64,000 nt of DNA from Eledone cirrhosa (lineage: Eukaryota). Location of the stretch: assembly GCA_964016885.1 (NCBI GenBank), contig OZ024741.1, positions 214,520,001-214,584,000 of the forward strand, given 5' to 3'. Below the pieces are notes generated by a model. That model searched no databases, was not told where the DNA came from, and saw nothing but the letters and a program-made list of their open reading frames with translations. The translations under genes and the position numbers were made by a program. Each line of letters opens with the position of its first letter. Position 1 is the stretch's first letter. Of this stretch, positions 28,777 to 43,282 are shown piece after piece.

Positions 28777-29068
28777 AAAACAAATAACGAAACGAAATTA
28801 AATTTCGTTTCGTTTGTAACTCACTTTTGTATGACTGACGCTTAAACAATTAAGTTAAAAATGTACATCCATATATGTATACTGAAATACTAGTATGCAT
28901 ATGAATACACACACGTATACATATGTAGATGTACCGAGTTTTTCACTGGTCACTTTACTGCGAGTGTCCAGCTATTCTGTATGTAAACACACAGACAAAC
29001 CGGTTTTTAGAGTCATACTGGTTTTTGAGGAAACACCTTTCCTCTATTCTCCAGAAAGCCAGACAAGG

Positions 29069-31443
29069 AATATTGAACTAGTTTCGATGTTGTTACATCT
29101 CATCAGCAATATTTACCTATCTTCCGGCCTCTCTAGAGAATCGTAAAAGCACATATCGTTATATGCTTTTTCTATGAAAATTAGTAGTGGGCAGACTAAT
29201 TTGCATAGAGCGTGAGTACGTACCGGTTCAACGGAGACGATAAAAACAAATAACGAAACGAAATTAAATTTCGTTTCGTTTGTAACTCACTTTTGTATGA
29301 CTGACGCTTAAACAATTAAGTTAAAAATGTACATCCACATATGTATACTGAAATACTAGTATGCATATGAATACACACACGTATACATATGTAGATGTAC
29401 CGAGTTTTTCACTGGTCACTTTACTGCGAGTGTCCAGCTATTCTGTATGTAAACACACAGACAAACCGGTTTTTAGAGTCATACTGGTTTTTGAGGAAAC
29501 ACCTTTCCTCTATTCTCCAGAAAGCCAGACAAGGAATATTGAACTAGTTTCGATGTTGTTACATCTCATCAGCAATATTTACCTATCTTCCGGCCTCTCT
29601 AGAGAATCGTAAAAGCACATATCGTTATATGCTTTTTCTATGAAAATTAGTAGTGGGCAGACTAATTTGCATAGAGCGTGAGTACGTACCGGTTCAACGG
29701 AGACGATAAAAACAAATAACGAAACGAAATTAAATTTCGTTTCGTTTGTAACTCACTTTTGTATGACTGACGCTTAAACAATTAAGTTAAAAATGTACAT
29801 CCACATATGTATACTGAAATACTAGTATGCATATGAATACACACACGTATACATATGTAGATGTACCGAGTTTTTCACTGGTCACTTTACTGCGAGTGTC
29901 CAGCTATTCTGTATGTAAACACACAGACAAACCGGTTTTTAGAGTCATACTGGTTTTTGAGGAAACACCTTTCCTCTATTCTCCAGAAAGCCAGACAAGG
30001 AATATTGAACTAGTTTCGATGTTGTTACATCTCATCAGCAATATTTACCTATCTTCCGGCCTCTCTAGAGAATCGTAAAAGCACATATCGTTATATGCTT
30101 TTTCTATGAAAATTAGTAGTGGGCAGACTAATTTGCATAGAGCGTGAGTACGTACCGGTTCAACGGAGACGATAAAAACAAATAACGAAACGAAATTAAA
30201 TTTCGTTTCGTTTGTAACTCACTTTTGTATGACTGACGCTTAAACAATTAAGTTAAAAATGTACATCCACATATGTATACTGAAATACTAGTATGCATAT
30301 GAATACACACACGTATACATATGTAGATGTACCGAGTTTTTCACTGGTCACTTTACTGCGAGTGTCCAGCTATTCTGTATGTAAACACACAGACAAACCG
30401 GTTTTTAGAGTCATACTGGTTTTTGAGGAAACACCTTTCCTCTATTCTCCAGAAAGCCAGACAAGGAATATTGAACTAGTTTCGATGTTGTTACATCTCA
30501 TCAGCAATATTTACCTATCTTCCGGCCTCTCTAGAGAATCGTAAAAGCACATATCGTTATATGCTTTTTCTATGAAAATTAGTAGTGGGCAGACTAATTT
30601 GCATAGAGCGTGAGTACGTACCGGTTCAACGGAGACGATAAAAACAAATAACGAAACGAAATTAAATTTCGTTTCGTTTGTAACTCACTTTTGTATGACT
30701 GACGCTTAAACAATTAAGTTAAAAATGTACATCCACATATGTATACTGAAATACTAGTATGCATATGAATACACACACGTATACATATGTAGATGTACCG
30801 AGTTTTTCACTGGTCACTTTACTGCGAGTGTCCAGCTATTCTGTATGTAAACACACAGACAAACCGGTTTTTAGAGTCATACTGGTTTTTGAGGAAACAC
30901 CTTTCCTCTATTCTCCAGAAAGCCAGACAAGGAATATTGAACTAGTTTCGATGTTGTTACATCTCATCAGCAATATTTACCTATCTTCCGGCCTCTCTAG
31001 AGAATCGTAAAAGCACATATCGTTATATGCTTTTTCTATGAAAATTAGTAGTGGGCAGACTAATTTGCATAGAGCGTGAGTACGTACCGGTTCAACGGAG
31101 ACGATAAAAACAAATAACGAAACGAAATTAAATTTCGTTTCGTTTGTAACTCACTTTTGTATGACTGACGCTTAAACAATTAAGTTAAAAATGTACATCC
31201 ACATATGTATACTGAAATACTAGTATGCATATGAATACACACACGTATACATATGTAGATGTACCGAGTTTTTCACTGGTCACTTTACTGCGAGTGTCCA
31301 GCTATTCTGTATGTAAACACACAGACAAACCGGTTTTTAGAGTCATACTGGTTTTTGAGGAAACACCTTTCCTCTATTCTCCAGAAAGCCAGACAAGGAA
31401 TATTGAACTAGTTTCGATGTTGTTACATCTCATCAGCAATATT
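29069..31443 (-). ncRNA. Six identical hammerhead ribozymes (29069-29113, then every 466 bp to 31399-31443)
   Basis: Reverse complement: AATATTG CTGATGA GATGT AACA ACATC GAAA CTAG TT CAATATT. Confidence 0.9.
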
Positions 31444-31948
31444 TACCTATCTTCCGGCCTCTCTAGAGAATCGTAAAAGCACATATCGTTATATGCTTTT
31501 TCTATGAAAATTAGTAGTGGGCAGACTAATTTGCATAGAGCGTGAGTACGTACCGGTTCAACGGAGACGATAAAAACAAATAACGAAACGAAATTAAATT
31601 TCGTTTCGTTTGTAACTCACTTTTGTATGACTGACGCTTAAACAATTAAGTTAAAAATGTACATCCACATATGTATACTGAAATACTAGTATGCATATGA
31701 ATACACACACGTATACATATGTAGATGTACCGAGTTTTTCACTTAATTGTTTAAGCGTCAGTCATACAAAAGTGAGTTACAAACGAAACGAAATTTAATT
31801 TCGTTTCGTTATTTGTTTTTATCGTCTCCGTTGAACCGGTACGTACTCACGCTCTATGCAAATTAGTCTGCCCACTACTAATTTTCATAGAAAAAGCATA
31901 TAACGATATGTGCTTTTACGATTCTCTAGAGAGGCCGGAAGATAGGTA

Positions 31949-33857
31949 AATATTGCTGATGAGATGTAACAACATCGAAACTAGTTCAATATTCCTTGTC
32001 TGGCTTTCTGGAGAATAGAGGAAAGGTGTTTCCTCAAAAACCAGTATGACTCTAAAAACCGGTTTGTCTGTGTGTTTACATACAGAATAGCTGGACACTC
32101 GCAGTAAAGTGACCAGTGAAAAACTCGGTACATCTACATATGTATACGTGTGTGTATTCATATGCATACTAGTATTTCAGTATACATATGTGGATGTACA
32201 TTTTTAACTTAATTGTTTAAGCGTCAGTCATACAAAAGTGAGTTACAAACGAAACGAAATTTAATTTCGTTTCGTTATTTGTTTTTATCGTCTCCGTTGA
32301 ACCGGTACGTACTCACGCTCTATGCAAATTAGTCTGCCCACTACTAATTTTCATAGAAAAAGCATATAACGATATGTGCTTTTACGATTCTCTAGAGAGG
32401 CCGGAAGATAGGTAAATATTGCTGATGAGATGTAACAACATCGAAACTAGTTCAATATTCCTTGTCTGGCTTTCTGGAGAATAGAGGAAAGGTGTTTCCT
32501 CAAAAACCAGTATGACTCTAAAAACCGGTTTGTCTGTGTGTTTACATACAGAATAGCTGGACACTCGCAGTAAAGTGACCAGTGAAAAACTCGGTACATC
32601 TACATATGTATACGTGTGTGTATTCATATGCATACTAGTATTTCAGTATACATATGTGGATGTACATTTTTAACTTAATTGTTTAAGCGTCAGTCATACA
32701 AAAGTGAGTTACAAACGAAACGAAATTTAATTTCGTTTCGTTATTTGTTTTTATCGTCTCCGTTGAACCGGTACGTACTCACGCTCTATGCAAATTAGTC
32801 TGCCCACTACTAATTTTCATAGAAAAAGCATATAACGATATGTGCTTTTACGATTCTCTAGAGAGGCCGGAAGATAGGTAAATATTGCTGATGAGATGTA
32901 ACAACATCGAAACTAGTTCAATATTCCTTGTCTGGCTTTCTGGAGAATAGAGGAAAGGTGTTTCCTCAAAAACCAGTATGACTCTAAAAACCGGTTTGTC
33001 TGTGTGTTTACATACAGAATAGCTGGACACTCGCAGTAAAGTGACCAGTGAAAAACTCGGTACATCTACATATGTATACGTGTGTGTATTCATATGCATA
33101 CTAGTATTTCAGTATACATATGTGGATGTACATTTTTAACTTAATTGTTTAAGCGTCAGTCATACAAAAGTGAGTTACAAACGAAACGAAATTTAATTTC
33201 GTTTCGTTATTTGTTTTTATCGTCTCCGTTGAACCGGTACGTACTCACGCTCTATGCAAATTAGTCTGCCCACTACTAATTTTCATAGAAAAAGCATATA
33301 ACGATATGTGCTTTTACGATTCTCTAGAGAGGCCGGAAGATAGGTAAATATTGCTGATGAGATGTAACAACATCGAAACTAGTTCAATATTCCTTGTCTG
33401 GCTTTCTGGAGAATAGAGGAAAGGTGTTTCCTCAAAAACCAGTATGACTCTAAAAACCGGTTTGTCTGTGTGTTTACATACAGAATAGCTGGACACTCGC
33501 AGTAAAGTGACCAGTGAAAAACTCGGTACATCTACATATGTATACGTGTGTGTATTCATATGCATACTAGTATTTCAGTATACATATGTGGATGTACATT
33601 TTTAACTTAATTGTTTAAGCGTCAGTCATACAAAAGTGAGTTACAAACGAAACGAAATTTAATTTCGTTTCGTTATTTGTTTTTATCGTCTCCGTTGAAC
33701 CGGTACGTACTCACGCTCTATGCAAATTAGTCTGCCCACTACTAATTTTCATAGAAAAAGCATATAACGATATGTGCTTTTACGATTCTCTAGAGAGGCC
33801 GGAAGATAGGTAAATATTGCTGATGAGATGTAACAACATCGAAACTAGTTCAATATT
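31949..33857 (+). ncRNA. Five identical hammerhead ribozymes (31949-31993, then every 466 bp to 33813-33857)
   Basis: 7-bp stem I, 5-bp stem II, palindromic ACTAGT stem III, GUU site, intact core. Confidence 0.9.
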
Positions 33858-34072
33858 CCTTGTCTGGCTTTCTGGAGAATAGAGGAAAGGTGTTTCCTCA
33901 AAAACCAGTATGACTCTAAAAACCGGTTTGTCTGTGTGTTTACATACAGAATAGCTGGACACTCGCAGTAAAGTGACCAGTGAAAAACTCGGTACATCTA
34001 CATATGTATACGTGTGTGTATTCATATGCATACTAGTATTTCAGTATACATATGTGGATGTACATTTTTAAC

Positions 34073-34185
<113 letters not shown>

Positions 34186-34206
34186 TATATAGATATATAT
34201 ATATAG

Positions 34207-34273
<67 letters not shown>

Positions 34274-34294
34274 TATATAGATATATATATATAG

Positions 34295-34389
<95 letters not shown>

Positions 34390-34392
<3 letters not shown>

Positions 34393-34714
34393 GGTGGCTG
34401 CCAACTCGTTTTCGAGTACGACCACTACTTTATATCCATGTAGGAGAACCCCTACCGATGTGCTGAATGAGTGTGACTTTTTAGTCCAGCCAGCGACTTG
34501 AAAACTCTGGTACAAACACTACACTTGTGACAATTATTGACACATAGTGCTGGGCCCATGGTACCATGTGATGACAAGGGCAGAGAGATCTCCAGATATA
34601 AAGCAATGCTTGTGCCGTGAAGCTTTTATAGTGAGCAAAGGCACTGCACAAAGCCAGTCCCACTCTCTTAACCAAGATGATATTTACCAAAAAGAAGAAC
34701 AAGTCAACATCATT
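34390..34714 (-). mobile_element. RTE-clade LINE 3' fragment, second copy of 27796-28122
   Basis: Highly similar to 27796-28122 with the same 5' breakpoint (AAGTCAACATCATTG). Confidence 0.65.
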
Positions 34715-34989
34715 GGATACCATCAGGGTTGCAGGTGTTATATCAGAGTTTTCCTTCTCCTAGAATTCTGCCTTGACAAAGGCTAAGGGGTCATCTCTCC
34801 CGGTGATTTTGGATGGCCATTGACTCTTAAGAGGTTCTTTGCCCTTTGATATATACACATACATGTATACATACTTACATACATACGTACCTACAAGTAT
34901 ATATATTTCTTTACCTATATGTATGTATATATAAATATGTGTATGTGTATTAAAAACATATTATATATATATATAATGCATTTTATATA

Positions 34990-35720
34990 TATTAAGAATA
35001 TAGTGTACATAGGTGAGACAGCTCGTAATATAGGAGAACGGATAAATGAACACTGGCGAGAGCTTCAAGATAGTAATGAATCATCTGTACTCTACCAACA
35101 TGCTAAAATAGAACATAAGGGTAAATTAAAGAACATAGAAATAAAAATAGAATCTACACACAGAAAAGACGCAATGTTTAGACAAATCACAGAGGCAATA
35201 AACATAAATGAACTCCAACCAAAATTAAATAGAAAGCATGAATGGAATAGCAATATCACAACTTACAATTAAGGACAAAATGAAAACACACACACACACA
35301 CATAGAACAAACAACCAACCAGTAACATGTAAATAAACAAATAAATAAACAAATATAAACACACACAGACACCCGGATGTAACACATGCGCAAACTAAGC
35401 ACACAACACACACAAAAACAAGATGGCGTAGGACAAAACAAAGGAGAGGCACAAAAACAAAGAAAAGAATCCCCAGTCACTGAAGAGGTCACATAATGTG
35501 TGACGAAAGATCTTTGACAATATATGAACAATCGTCTGGTTGTGGAACCAACCAACCAACCGGAAATTTATAAATTTATAAATTTAATTTATAATAAATT
35601 GAAGTGAAAGCAACTGGTGCGTGTGTTTCTTATTGGCAACATGACCCTCCCAAAGTATAACAATATCGGTTTCAACACACGTTTTCAGATAAAGAATCTT
35701 GCTAAACAAATTCAGAAACG
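34990..35720 (+). mobile_element. Penelope-like element 3' fragment (GIY-YIG plus HHR pLTR)
   Basis: VYIGETARNIGERINEH...LYQH..EH...RQITEAINI...PKLNRKHEW. HHR 35476-35518: GTCA CTGAAGA GGTCAC..GTGAC GAAA GATC TT TGAC. Confidence 0.85.
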
Positions 35721-35759
<39 letters not shown>

Positions 35760-36939
35760 GAAACACATGTTGGTGTGTGGGTATCCTAGTCTTTCATTTC
35801 TTTCCTTTCATCGAAAGAGGCTCATTATATTTGAAAAGATACAAATTCCAAAGTTCTTGATTCTTTCCAATCCAATTGTTCTACAAGAGAGAATATAATT
35901 TAGAAACTACTATAAAACATCAAACGAAAATATATAAAACCCTTACTTGGAACTAACAAGACATCGAGAAACTACGTGAATTAAACTGACTCAAATGTTT
36001 CTATAATAGCCCAGAACGAAAATCTAGAGTCTAAAGTGCGTAGTTCTGTACTTAGAACATTCCTGTTTATTAACGAGCAGAACAAAGTCGTAACTGTTTT
36101 AAAGAAATCCTCTAAACTTGACTTTGTTAAGAAAATATTCATAAAAGCCCAGATTCGAAAGAACTTAATTTCATTTTCAAAGGATTCCTCGCTATCAATG
36201 ACCAGAATATGACAAGAATTATTTTTATGAAATCTTCAAAACTTAGTTGATTTGGTTCAGAAAATTTTTACGAGCGCCTTGTTTCGAAAGAACTTGATTT
36301 CGGACTTAGAAGATGCCTTCTTATGAATGACCAGACCAAAGCTGTAAGTGTTTTATAGAAATATTTTAAACTAAGTTGATTTCTGAGGAAATTATCTGGA
36401 GTAAAACTGTATCAATTCAGACGTTAACGAACGATTTCTAAATAATTTCTTTTTAAATTTCAAAATTTTGTTGACTTTATCTGAGATAAAGTTAACACAA
36501 TTCATAACATGCTGGAAGGTGACGGAAACTTTTAAAGATAACTTCCGAACCAAGGGGAATCTTTATAATATAAGATAAAGTAAACTAGACTAACTTTATT
36601 CGTTAGAGATTTGAAGGAGACTGAAATCCTTTAAGAACACTTCTAAACTGATTCAACTCTGGAGAATTTACGAGAAACGGGTCAGGAAGATTCATCAAAG
36701 ACTTATTTGAAACTCAGTTGAAATTTTGGAGAATTTACAAGAAAGTTAACTGGATTAACGAGATTAATGAAAGAATAGATAGAGAAGAAATATTTCAAGA
36801 AAAGTGTTTATAATCTAAGTTTATTTTGGAGAAATATACGTAAAAGATAACCGGAAGACCAAGAATTGATTGAATACTCAAAGGAAGAAGGTAAAGAAAG
36901 AATTTAAAGAAAACAAAACAAACGAACAATACTACAAGA

Positions 36940-37118
36940 GAGAACGATAAAGAGAGAGACAGAGAGGGAGAGTCCCATAGTGTGTGGGGAAGAGAGAAAG
37001 AAAGAAAGAGAGAGAGACAGAGACAGAGAGAGAGAGAGAGTGAGTCCCATAGTGTGTGGGAAAGAGAGAAAGAAAGAAAAAGAGAGAGAGAGAAAGTCCC
37101 ATAGTGCGTGGGGAAGAG

Positions 37119-37156
<38 letters not shown>

Positions 37157-37235
37157 TCCCATAGAGTGTGGGAAAGAAAAAAGAAAGAGAGAGAGAAAAT
37201 CCCATAGTGTGTGGGAAAGAGAGAAATAAATAAAT

Positions 37236-37285
<50 letters not shown>

Positions 37286-37460
37286 CCATAGAGTGTGGGA
37301 AAGAAAGAAAGAGAGAGAGAGAGAAACAGAGAGGGTGAGTCCCATAGGGTGTAGGAAAGAAAGAAAGAAAGAAAGAAAGAGAGAAACAGAGAGTCCCATA
37401 TCGTGTGGGAAAGAAAAATTGAAATAGAGAGAGAAACAGAGAGAAACAGAGAGAAACAGA
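36940..37460. repeat. AG-rich minisatellite with GAGTCCCATAGTGTGTGGGA core
   Basis: About 8 cores separated by variable (AG)/(AAAG) runs. Confidence 0.85.
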
Positions 37461-37606
37461 GTGAGGGGAAGTGACAAAAAAAAATAATCACTGCAAGGCA
37501 CTGAGCTAGATATCTATCGAGAGAGAAAGCAAAAAAGTATAAGAAGCATTGAACAACGGAGAGAAAACCTGTTAAACAGAGACGCAGAGATATTTATAAT
37601 ATAAAA

Positions 37607-37800
37607 ACGGGCGGTGGATTGACACGATCGGTAGAGGGTCGGACGCCATGCTTTGCAGCAAAGAGTTACGGCCCTTTATGGTCTGAGACCAAATCCCGCC
37701 GAGGTTAACTTTGCCTTTCATCTTTACGGGGTTGATAAAATAAAGTACCAGTAATAAACTGGTATAATTGCTAGCCTTGTGCCAAAAATTAGAAACATTT
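37607..37800 (+). mobile_element. tRNA-derived SINE
   Basis: 4732 family. Confidence 0.85.
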
Positions 37801-37937
37801 ATAATAATTAATCAACAAAAAAAAAAAGAACTGAAAAGAAAAAAAAAAGTACTAAAACAACCTTAACCTTTACGAAAACAAACAAACAAAACATACTAAA
37901 AAGAAGATAAGGAAAATATAAAATCTTAACCTAGAAA

Positions 37938-38282
37938 ATGTCGGGTAGTTTAGAAAACCGGGAAACTACTGAAGAAGATCTTATGAAATGTGACTTCTGT
38001 GAAAGGTTTAAAGTGAAACCGAGAACTTTGCACTGCCTTCATTCGTTCTGTACTCAATGTTTACAGATTTATATCAACACGTTTTACGGTCTGCTACGAT
38101 CCGAGCATTGGTTTCCCTGTCCAAGATGTAGGAAGAAGATATTTGTGCCGCTCAGTGCCGCCACAGAGACACTAGCGCAGAACTATCCGCTCGATTTTCG
38201 TGTCAAACAGCTTATTAAACTCTGGAAACAGAAGAACAAATTAATTTCACGAAGCGCCAGTTCGATGACAGGCGATCGATGA
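37938..38282 (+). CDS. C3HC4 RING-finger protein (TRIM N-terminus-like), 114 aa
   Basis: CDFC...PRTLHCLHSFCTQCL...FPCPRCR is the canonical TRIM-type RING; good AAAATG start context. Confidence 0.75.
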   Translation: MSGSLENRETTEEDLMKCDFCERFKVKPRTLHCLHSFCTQCLQIYINTFYGLLRSEHWFPCPRCRKKIFVPLSAATETLAQNYPLDFRVKQLIKLWKQKNKLISRSASSMTGDR

Positions 38283-38316
38283 TTGATCACCATAATGTCT
38301 GTCTGATGCAGCGTAC

Positions 38317-38359
<43 letters not shown>

Positions 38360-38429
38360 AGCCTGTAGGTTGAGGAAAAGGAGGAGGAGAGGAAAGGAGT
38401 ACAAACTCTTCGTACTCCTGGAGATGAGG

Positions 38430-38618
38430 GTTGCACATTTTTTTCGGGGGTATGTGTTACCCATATAAACTGTCTCCCTCTATTGGGGAAAATCGATTAA
38501 CTTTTTAAATTACATTTGTGATAACATTTTACACGTTTTTATTGTATGTAAACTTCCCCCTTTGTATTTGTCCCCTTCTTTTGTGCCCTTGTGGCTAATA
38601 AAGAAATCTATCTATCTA

Positions 38619-38620
<2 letters not shown>
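38430..38620 (+). mobile_element. Tx1-like LINE 3' UTR fragment with (TCTA)n tail
   Basis: CCCTTGTGGCTAATAAAGAAATC matches the 3' ends at ~43180, 47643, 53531 and 23530 (rc). Confidence 0.6.
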
Positions 38621-38715
<95 letters not shown>

Positions 38716-38878
38716 GTATATCTGTATTCCTATATGTCTAATTCACTTTGTCTATCAATCTTTCCATATGTCCTTCTTTCTATCTGTCTACATATATTAT
38801 AGTTTAATCTGCCTCTTTCTCTTCTCTTCTCTCTCTCCCTCATTCTCCCACCCTCTCTCTCTCTATATGTATATGTAA

Positions 38879-38961
<83 letters not shown>

Positions 38962-39090
38962 CTATACATACATTCATGTATACATCGCTCTTTTAGAGCA
39001 CCAATCCTAATACCATATATATATATGTGTGTGTGTGTGTGTAGTGTATTCATACATATATATATACATATATATATACATATATATAAT

Positions 39091-39126
<36 letters not shown>

Positions 39127-39199
39127 CATTTATGTATTGAGTAGCTTACTTACTGTGGTTACCCCCGATTGAACAAGTGATACACACATTTGTGTGTGT

Positions 39200-39244
<45 letters not shown>

Positions 39245-39493
39245 CACACAAACACAAACTCATGTATATATTTTTAACTGCAGGTGTGCCTAGTAGTGAT
39301 CGCAGTATGACATAAATATAACTATGATGAGGTGTATAATTGTCATGTTGAGTTTTAACGTGTGTGAGATGTATCTCTGGACCTAAAGACCAATCTCCAC
39401 CCCAATACACACACATATGTATTAGGATTGGTGCTCTGAAATAGCGATGTATACATGAATGTATGTATAGTATTTTTGGCAATATACCATATG

Positions 39494-39532
<39 letters not shown>

Positions 39533-39540
<8 letters not shown>

Positions 39541-39816
39541 AGATCAAAAGATGGTTAAAAGAGTTCCATGTATTTTATTATGCGCATTTCAAAAACAAAT
39601 ATCATCATGGGATGATATTTGCGTTCTCATCAGATAGAAGAGGAAGACATGATATGAAGCTTAATAAACACTTGCGAGCAGTGAAGTGTTTATTAAGCTT
39701 CATATCATGTCTTCCTCTTCTATCTGATGAGAACGCAAATATCATCCCATGATGATATTTGTTTTTGAAATGCGCATAATAAAATACATGGAACTCTTTT
39801 AACCATCTTTTGATCT

Positions 39817-39823
<7 letters not shown>
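39533..39823. mobile_element. Near-perfect ~290-bp palindrome with divergent HHRs (- 39576-39636, + 39721-39781) in (TA)n
   Basis: TAT CTGATGA gaacgcaaatatcat..atgatatttgttttt GAAA TGCGCA TA ATA; arms appear identical. Confidence 0.85.
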
Positions 39824-39904
<81 letters not shown>

Positions 39905-39972
39905 AGGTATATATGTACTGTAAATATGTATAATTTGGTACCTTGTATTTGTTTTGTTTCATTTATCAACCA

Positions 39973-40067
<95 letters not shown>

Positions 40068-40134
40068 TTATATGTACACAGACACACAGACACGCACACA
40101 CACACACACACATATATATATAATAAAATATATA

Positions 40135-40165
<31 letters not shown>

Positions 40166-40503
40166 ATATATATAAACATACACAAACATATACACACTTG
40201 TATATATATATGTATATATATATATATATATATAAGTATATATGTGTGTGTCAGCAACTATGTATGTATGTACGGCTCACATTACAGTCATTATGCAATT
40301 CCACGAGTGTTATTGTAGAATAGTGAATTGCCCAGAGAATCTTTCTGATATTTCCGGCAAGACAAAGACATCTTTGTTTAAATGGGTGCATGTGTGTTTG
40401 TGTGTGTTTGCATATATATATGTATATATATATAGGTATGTATAAATGTATATATATATGTATGTATAAATATTTATATATATATATATATATATATGTG
40501 TAG

Positions 40504-40641
<138 letters not shown>

Positions 40642-40982
40642 GTACATATATAAGTGTGTGTGTATGGATGTATGCATATATGTATGTATGTCTATATATA
40701 CGTCTGTATATACATATACATGTTATGTATGTATGTATATATGTATTTATGTATGTGTGTATGTGTGCATGTATGCCTGTAATTATATGTATGTATGTCT
40801 GTATGTATGCATGTATGTATGCATGTGTGTATATATGTATGTGTGTATGTGTGCATGTGTGTATGCATGTGTGTGTATATATGTATCTGTGTATGACCGA
40901 TTTATCTTGATACAGCGTTTGGGTTCATCGTTCCATTATTAAATCTGCACCGAGGAGAGTTAGTTATAGGAAATATTACAGC

Positions 40983-41025
<43 letters not shown>

Positions 41026-41157
41026 GTACACACACACACACACACACAGGTACACACACACACGTGCACACACACAGGAAGAGAAAAGGAGAATCGTTGT
41101 ATTTTACTAGGTCAAATAACAATCTTTTGGTTTTGTCTTTCTTTGTCTCACTTTCTC

Positions 41158-41193
<36 letters not shown>

Positions 41194-41194
41194 C

Positions 41195-41283
<89 letters not shown>

Positions 41284-41360
41284 GGTGTGTATAAATGTAT
41301 ATATATACGTATACGCACGCACACACAAGCACACACACAAACGCATATTTACATATATAC

Positions 41361-41443
<83 letters not shown>

Positions 41444-41494
41444 GATACATACATACATAAATACATACAAAGTTTAATTCATACAGTGTATATA

Positions 41495-41782
41495 TATACC
41501 AACACCACCACAATCTCCACCAATACCACCACCAACAACAATACCACCAACCACAACATTACCTCCACCAACAACAACAATATCACCAACACCACCACCA
41601 ACACCACCACCTCCAAGACCACCCCACCACCACCACCACCACAACAACAACAACAGTATGTCGTGGTATAGAATACCATTTGTCAGATGTTATCAACTGC
41701 TGTAACACAACTCCACCATGATCTCACAACTAAAGTATCTGTGTAGTTCACACCAAACAACAATATCAACGCCATCTCCACC

Positions 41783-41814
<32 letters not shown>

Positions 41815-41906
41815 CAACAACAATAGCAATGTCACCGACACCACCATCTCCACCACCACCACCACCAACAACAACAACAATAGCAATGTCACCGACACCA
41901 CCATCT

Positions 41907-41937
<31 letters not shown>

Positions 41938-42421
41938 CAATAGCAATGTCACCAACACCACCATCTCCACCACCACCACCACCACCAACAAAAACAACAA
42001 CAACAATAACAATATCACCGCCACCACCATCTCCACCACCACCAACACCACCACCACCACCACCAACAACAACAACAATATCACCGCCACCATTACCACC
42101 ACCACCACCACCACAACCGCCATCTCCGCCACCACTACCATCACCACTACCACCACCACCACCACCAACAACAACAATATCACCACCACCACCACCATCA
42201 CCACAACCACCACCATCACCACCACCAACAACAATATCACCACCACCACCACAAACACCATCTCCACCACCACCACCACCACAACCACCATCACCACCAC
42301 CACCTCCACCATCACCACCACCACCTCCACCACCACCACCACCACCACAACCACCATCACCACCACCACCACCACCAACACAACCACCACCACCACCACC
42401 ACCACCACCACCACCACCACC

Positions 42422-42452
<31 letters not shown>

Positions 42453-42455
42453 GCT
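41495..42455. repeat. (CCA)/(CAA) compound trinucleotide repeat
   Basis: Direct inspection. Confidence 0.9.
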
Positions 42456-42716
42456 ACAGTATCTCTTTAGTTTACACCAAACAACAACCCTATAACTTTT
42501 CACCAATCTTCACTTTTACTTTTACACTTGTCTTCCATTTTGTTTTTTCGTCTTTTACCTCTATTTCTTTCTTTCTTTATTTATTTTGTCGGCATTGTTG
42601 TTACTGTTGATGTTTTTCATTATGATCATCATCATCATCATCATCATTTTGCTGATTTTGCTGTTGTTGTTGTTGTTGTTCTTCTTCTTCTTCTTCTTCT
42701 TCTTCTTCTTCTTCTT

Positions 42717-42747
<31 letters not shown>

Positions 42748-42767
42748 GAAACCATTATTACATTCTG

Positions 42768-43100
42768 AGGGCGGTGGATTTGCAGTATCGGTAGAGGGTC
42801 GGACGCCATGCTTTGCAACATAGAGTTACGGCCCTTTAGGATCTGAGTTCAAATCCTACCGAGGTTACCTTTGCCTTTCATCCTTACAGGGTCGATAAAA
42901 TAAAGTACCAGTAATACACTGAGATAATTGCTTGCCTTGTCCCCCAAAGTAGAAATAAATATTACGTTCTGAGTTCAATTTCCGCCATGGTTAACTTACC
43001 TTTCATCCTTACGGCGTTGATAAATTAAAGTACCTATAATGAACTGGGGCTTTATTTAATCTACTTTCCGCCTCCAGACAATTTGATGGCCCTGTGCCTA
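42768..43100 (+). mobile_element. tRNA-derived SINE plus adjacent partial SINE
   Basis: 4732 family at 42768-42960; second core at 42965-43100. Confidence 0.8.
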
Positions 43101-43129
43101 TATTAAAAACTATTATTATTATTATTATT

Positions 43130-43205
43130 ATTGTAAACCCCCACTGTCTCTGTCTTTGTATTGTCCCCTACATGTCGACCCTTGTGGCTAATAAATGAAA
43201 TCATT
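43130..43205 (+). mobile_element. Tx1-like LINE extreme 3' fragment in (ATT)n
   Basis: Matches the reverse complement of 23530-23600. Confidence 0.75.
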
Positions 43206-43229
43206 ATTATTATTATTGTTATTCCTTGA

Positions 43230-43262
<33 letters not shown>

Positions 43263-43282
43263 GTTATTGTTATTCCTTGAAT

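Noticed and set aside
28895-34031. Eleven identical 83-aa ORFs as a tandem gene family
   Set aside because: No recognisable domain, and they lie antisense to the conserved HHR; a by-product of the repeat unit.
39533-39823. MITE / DNA transposon interpretation of the fold-back elements
   Set aside because: Arm lengths and inversion points vary between copies in the families seen more than once, and arms contain polarised HHR motifs; this fits retro-derived inversions better than fixed TIRs.
41718-42470. Extensin/proline-rich protein
   Set aside because: Stop-free (CCA/CAA)n repeat that is open on both strands, with no unique coding context.
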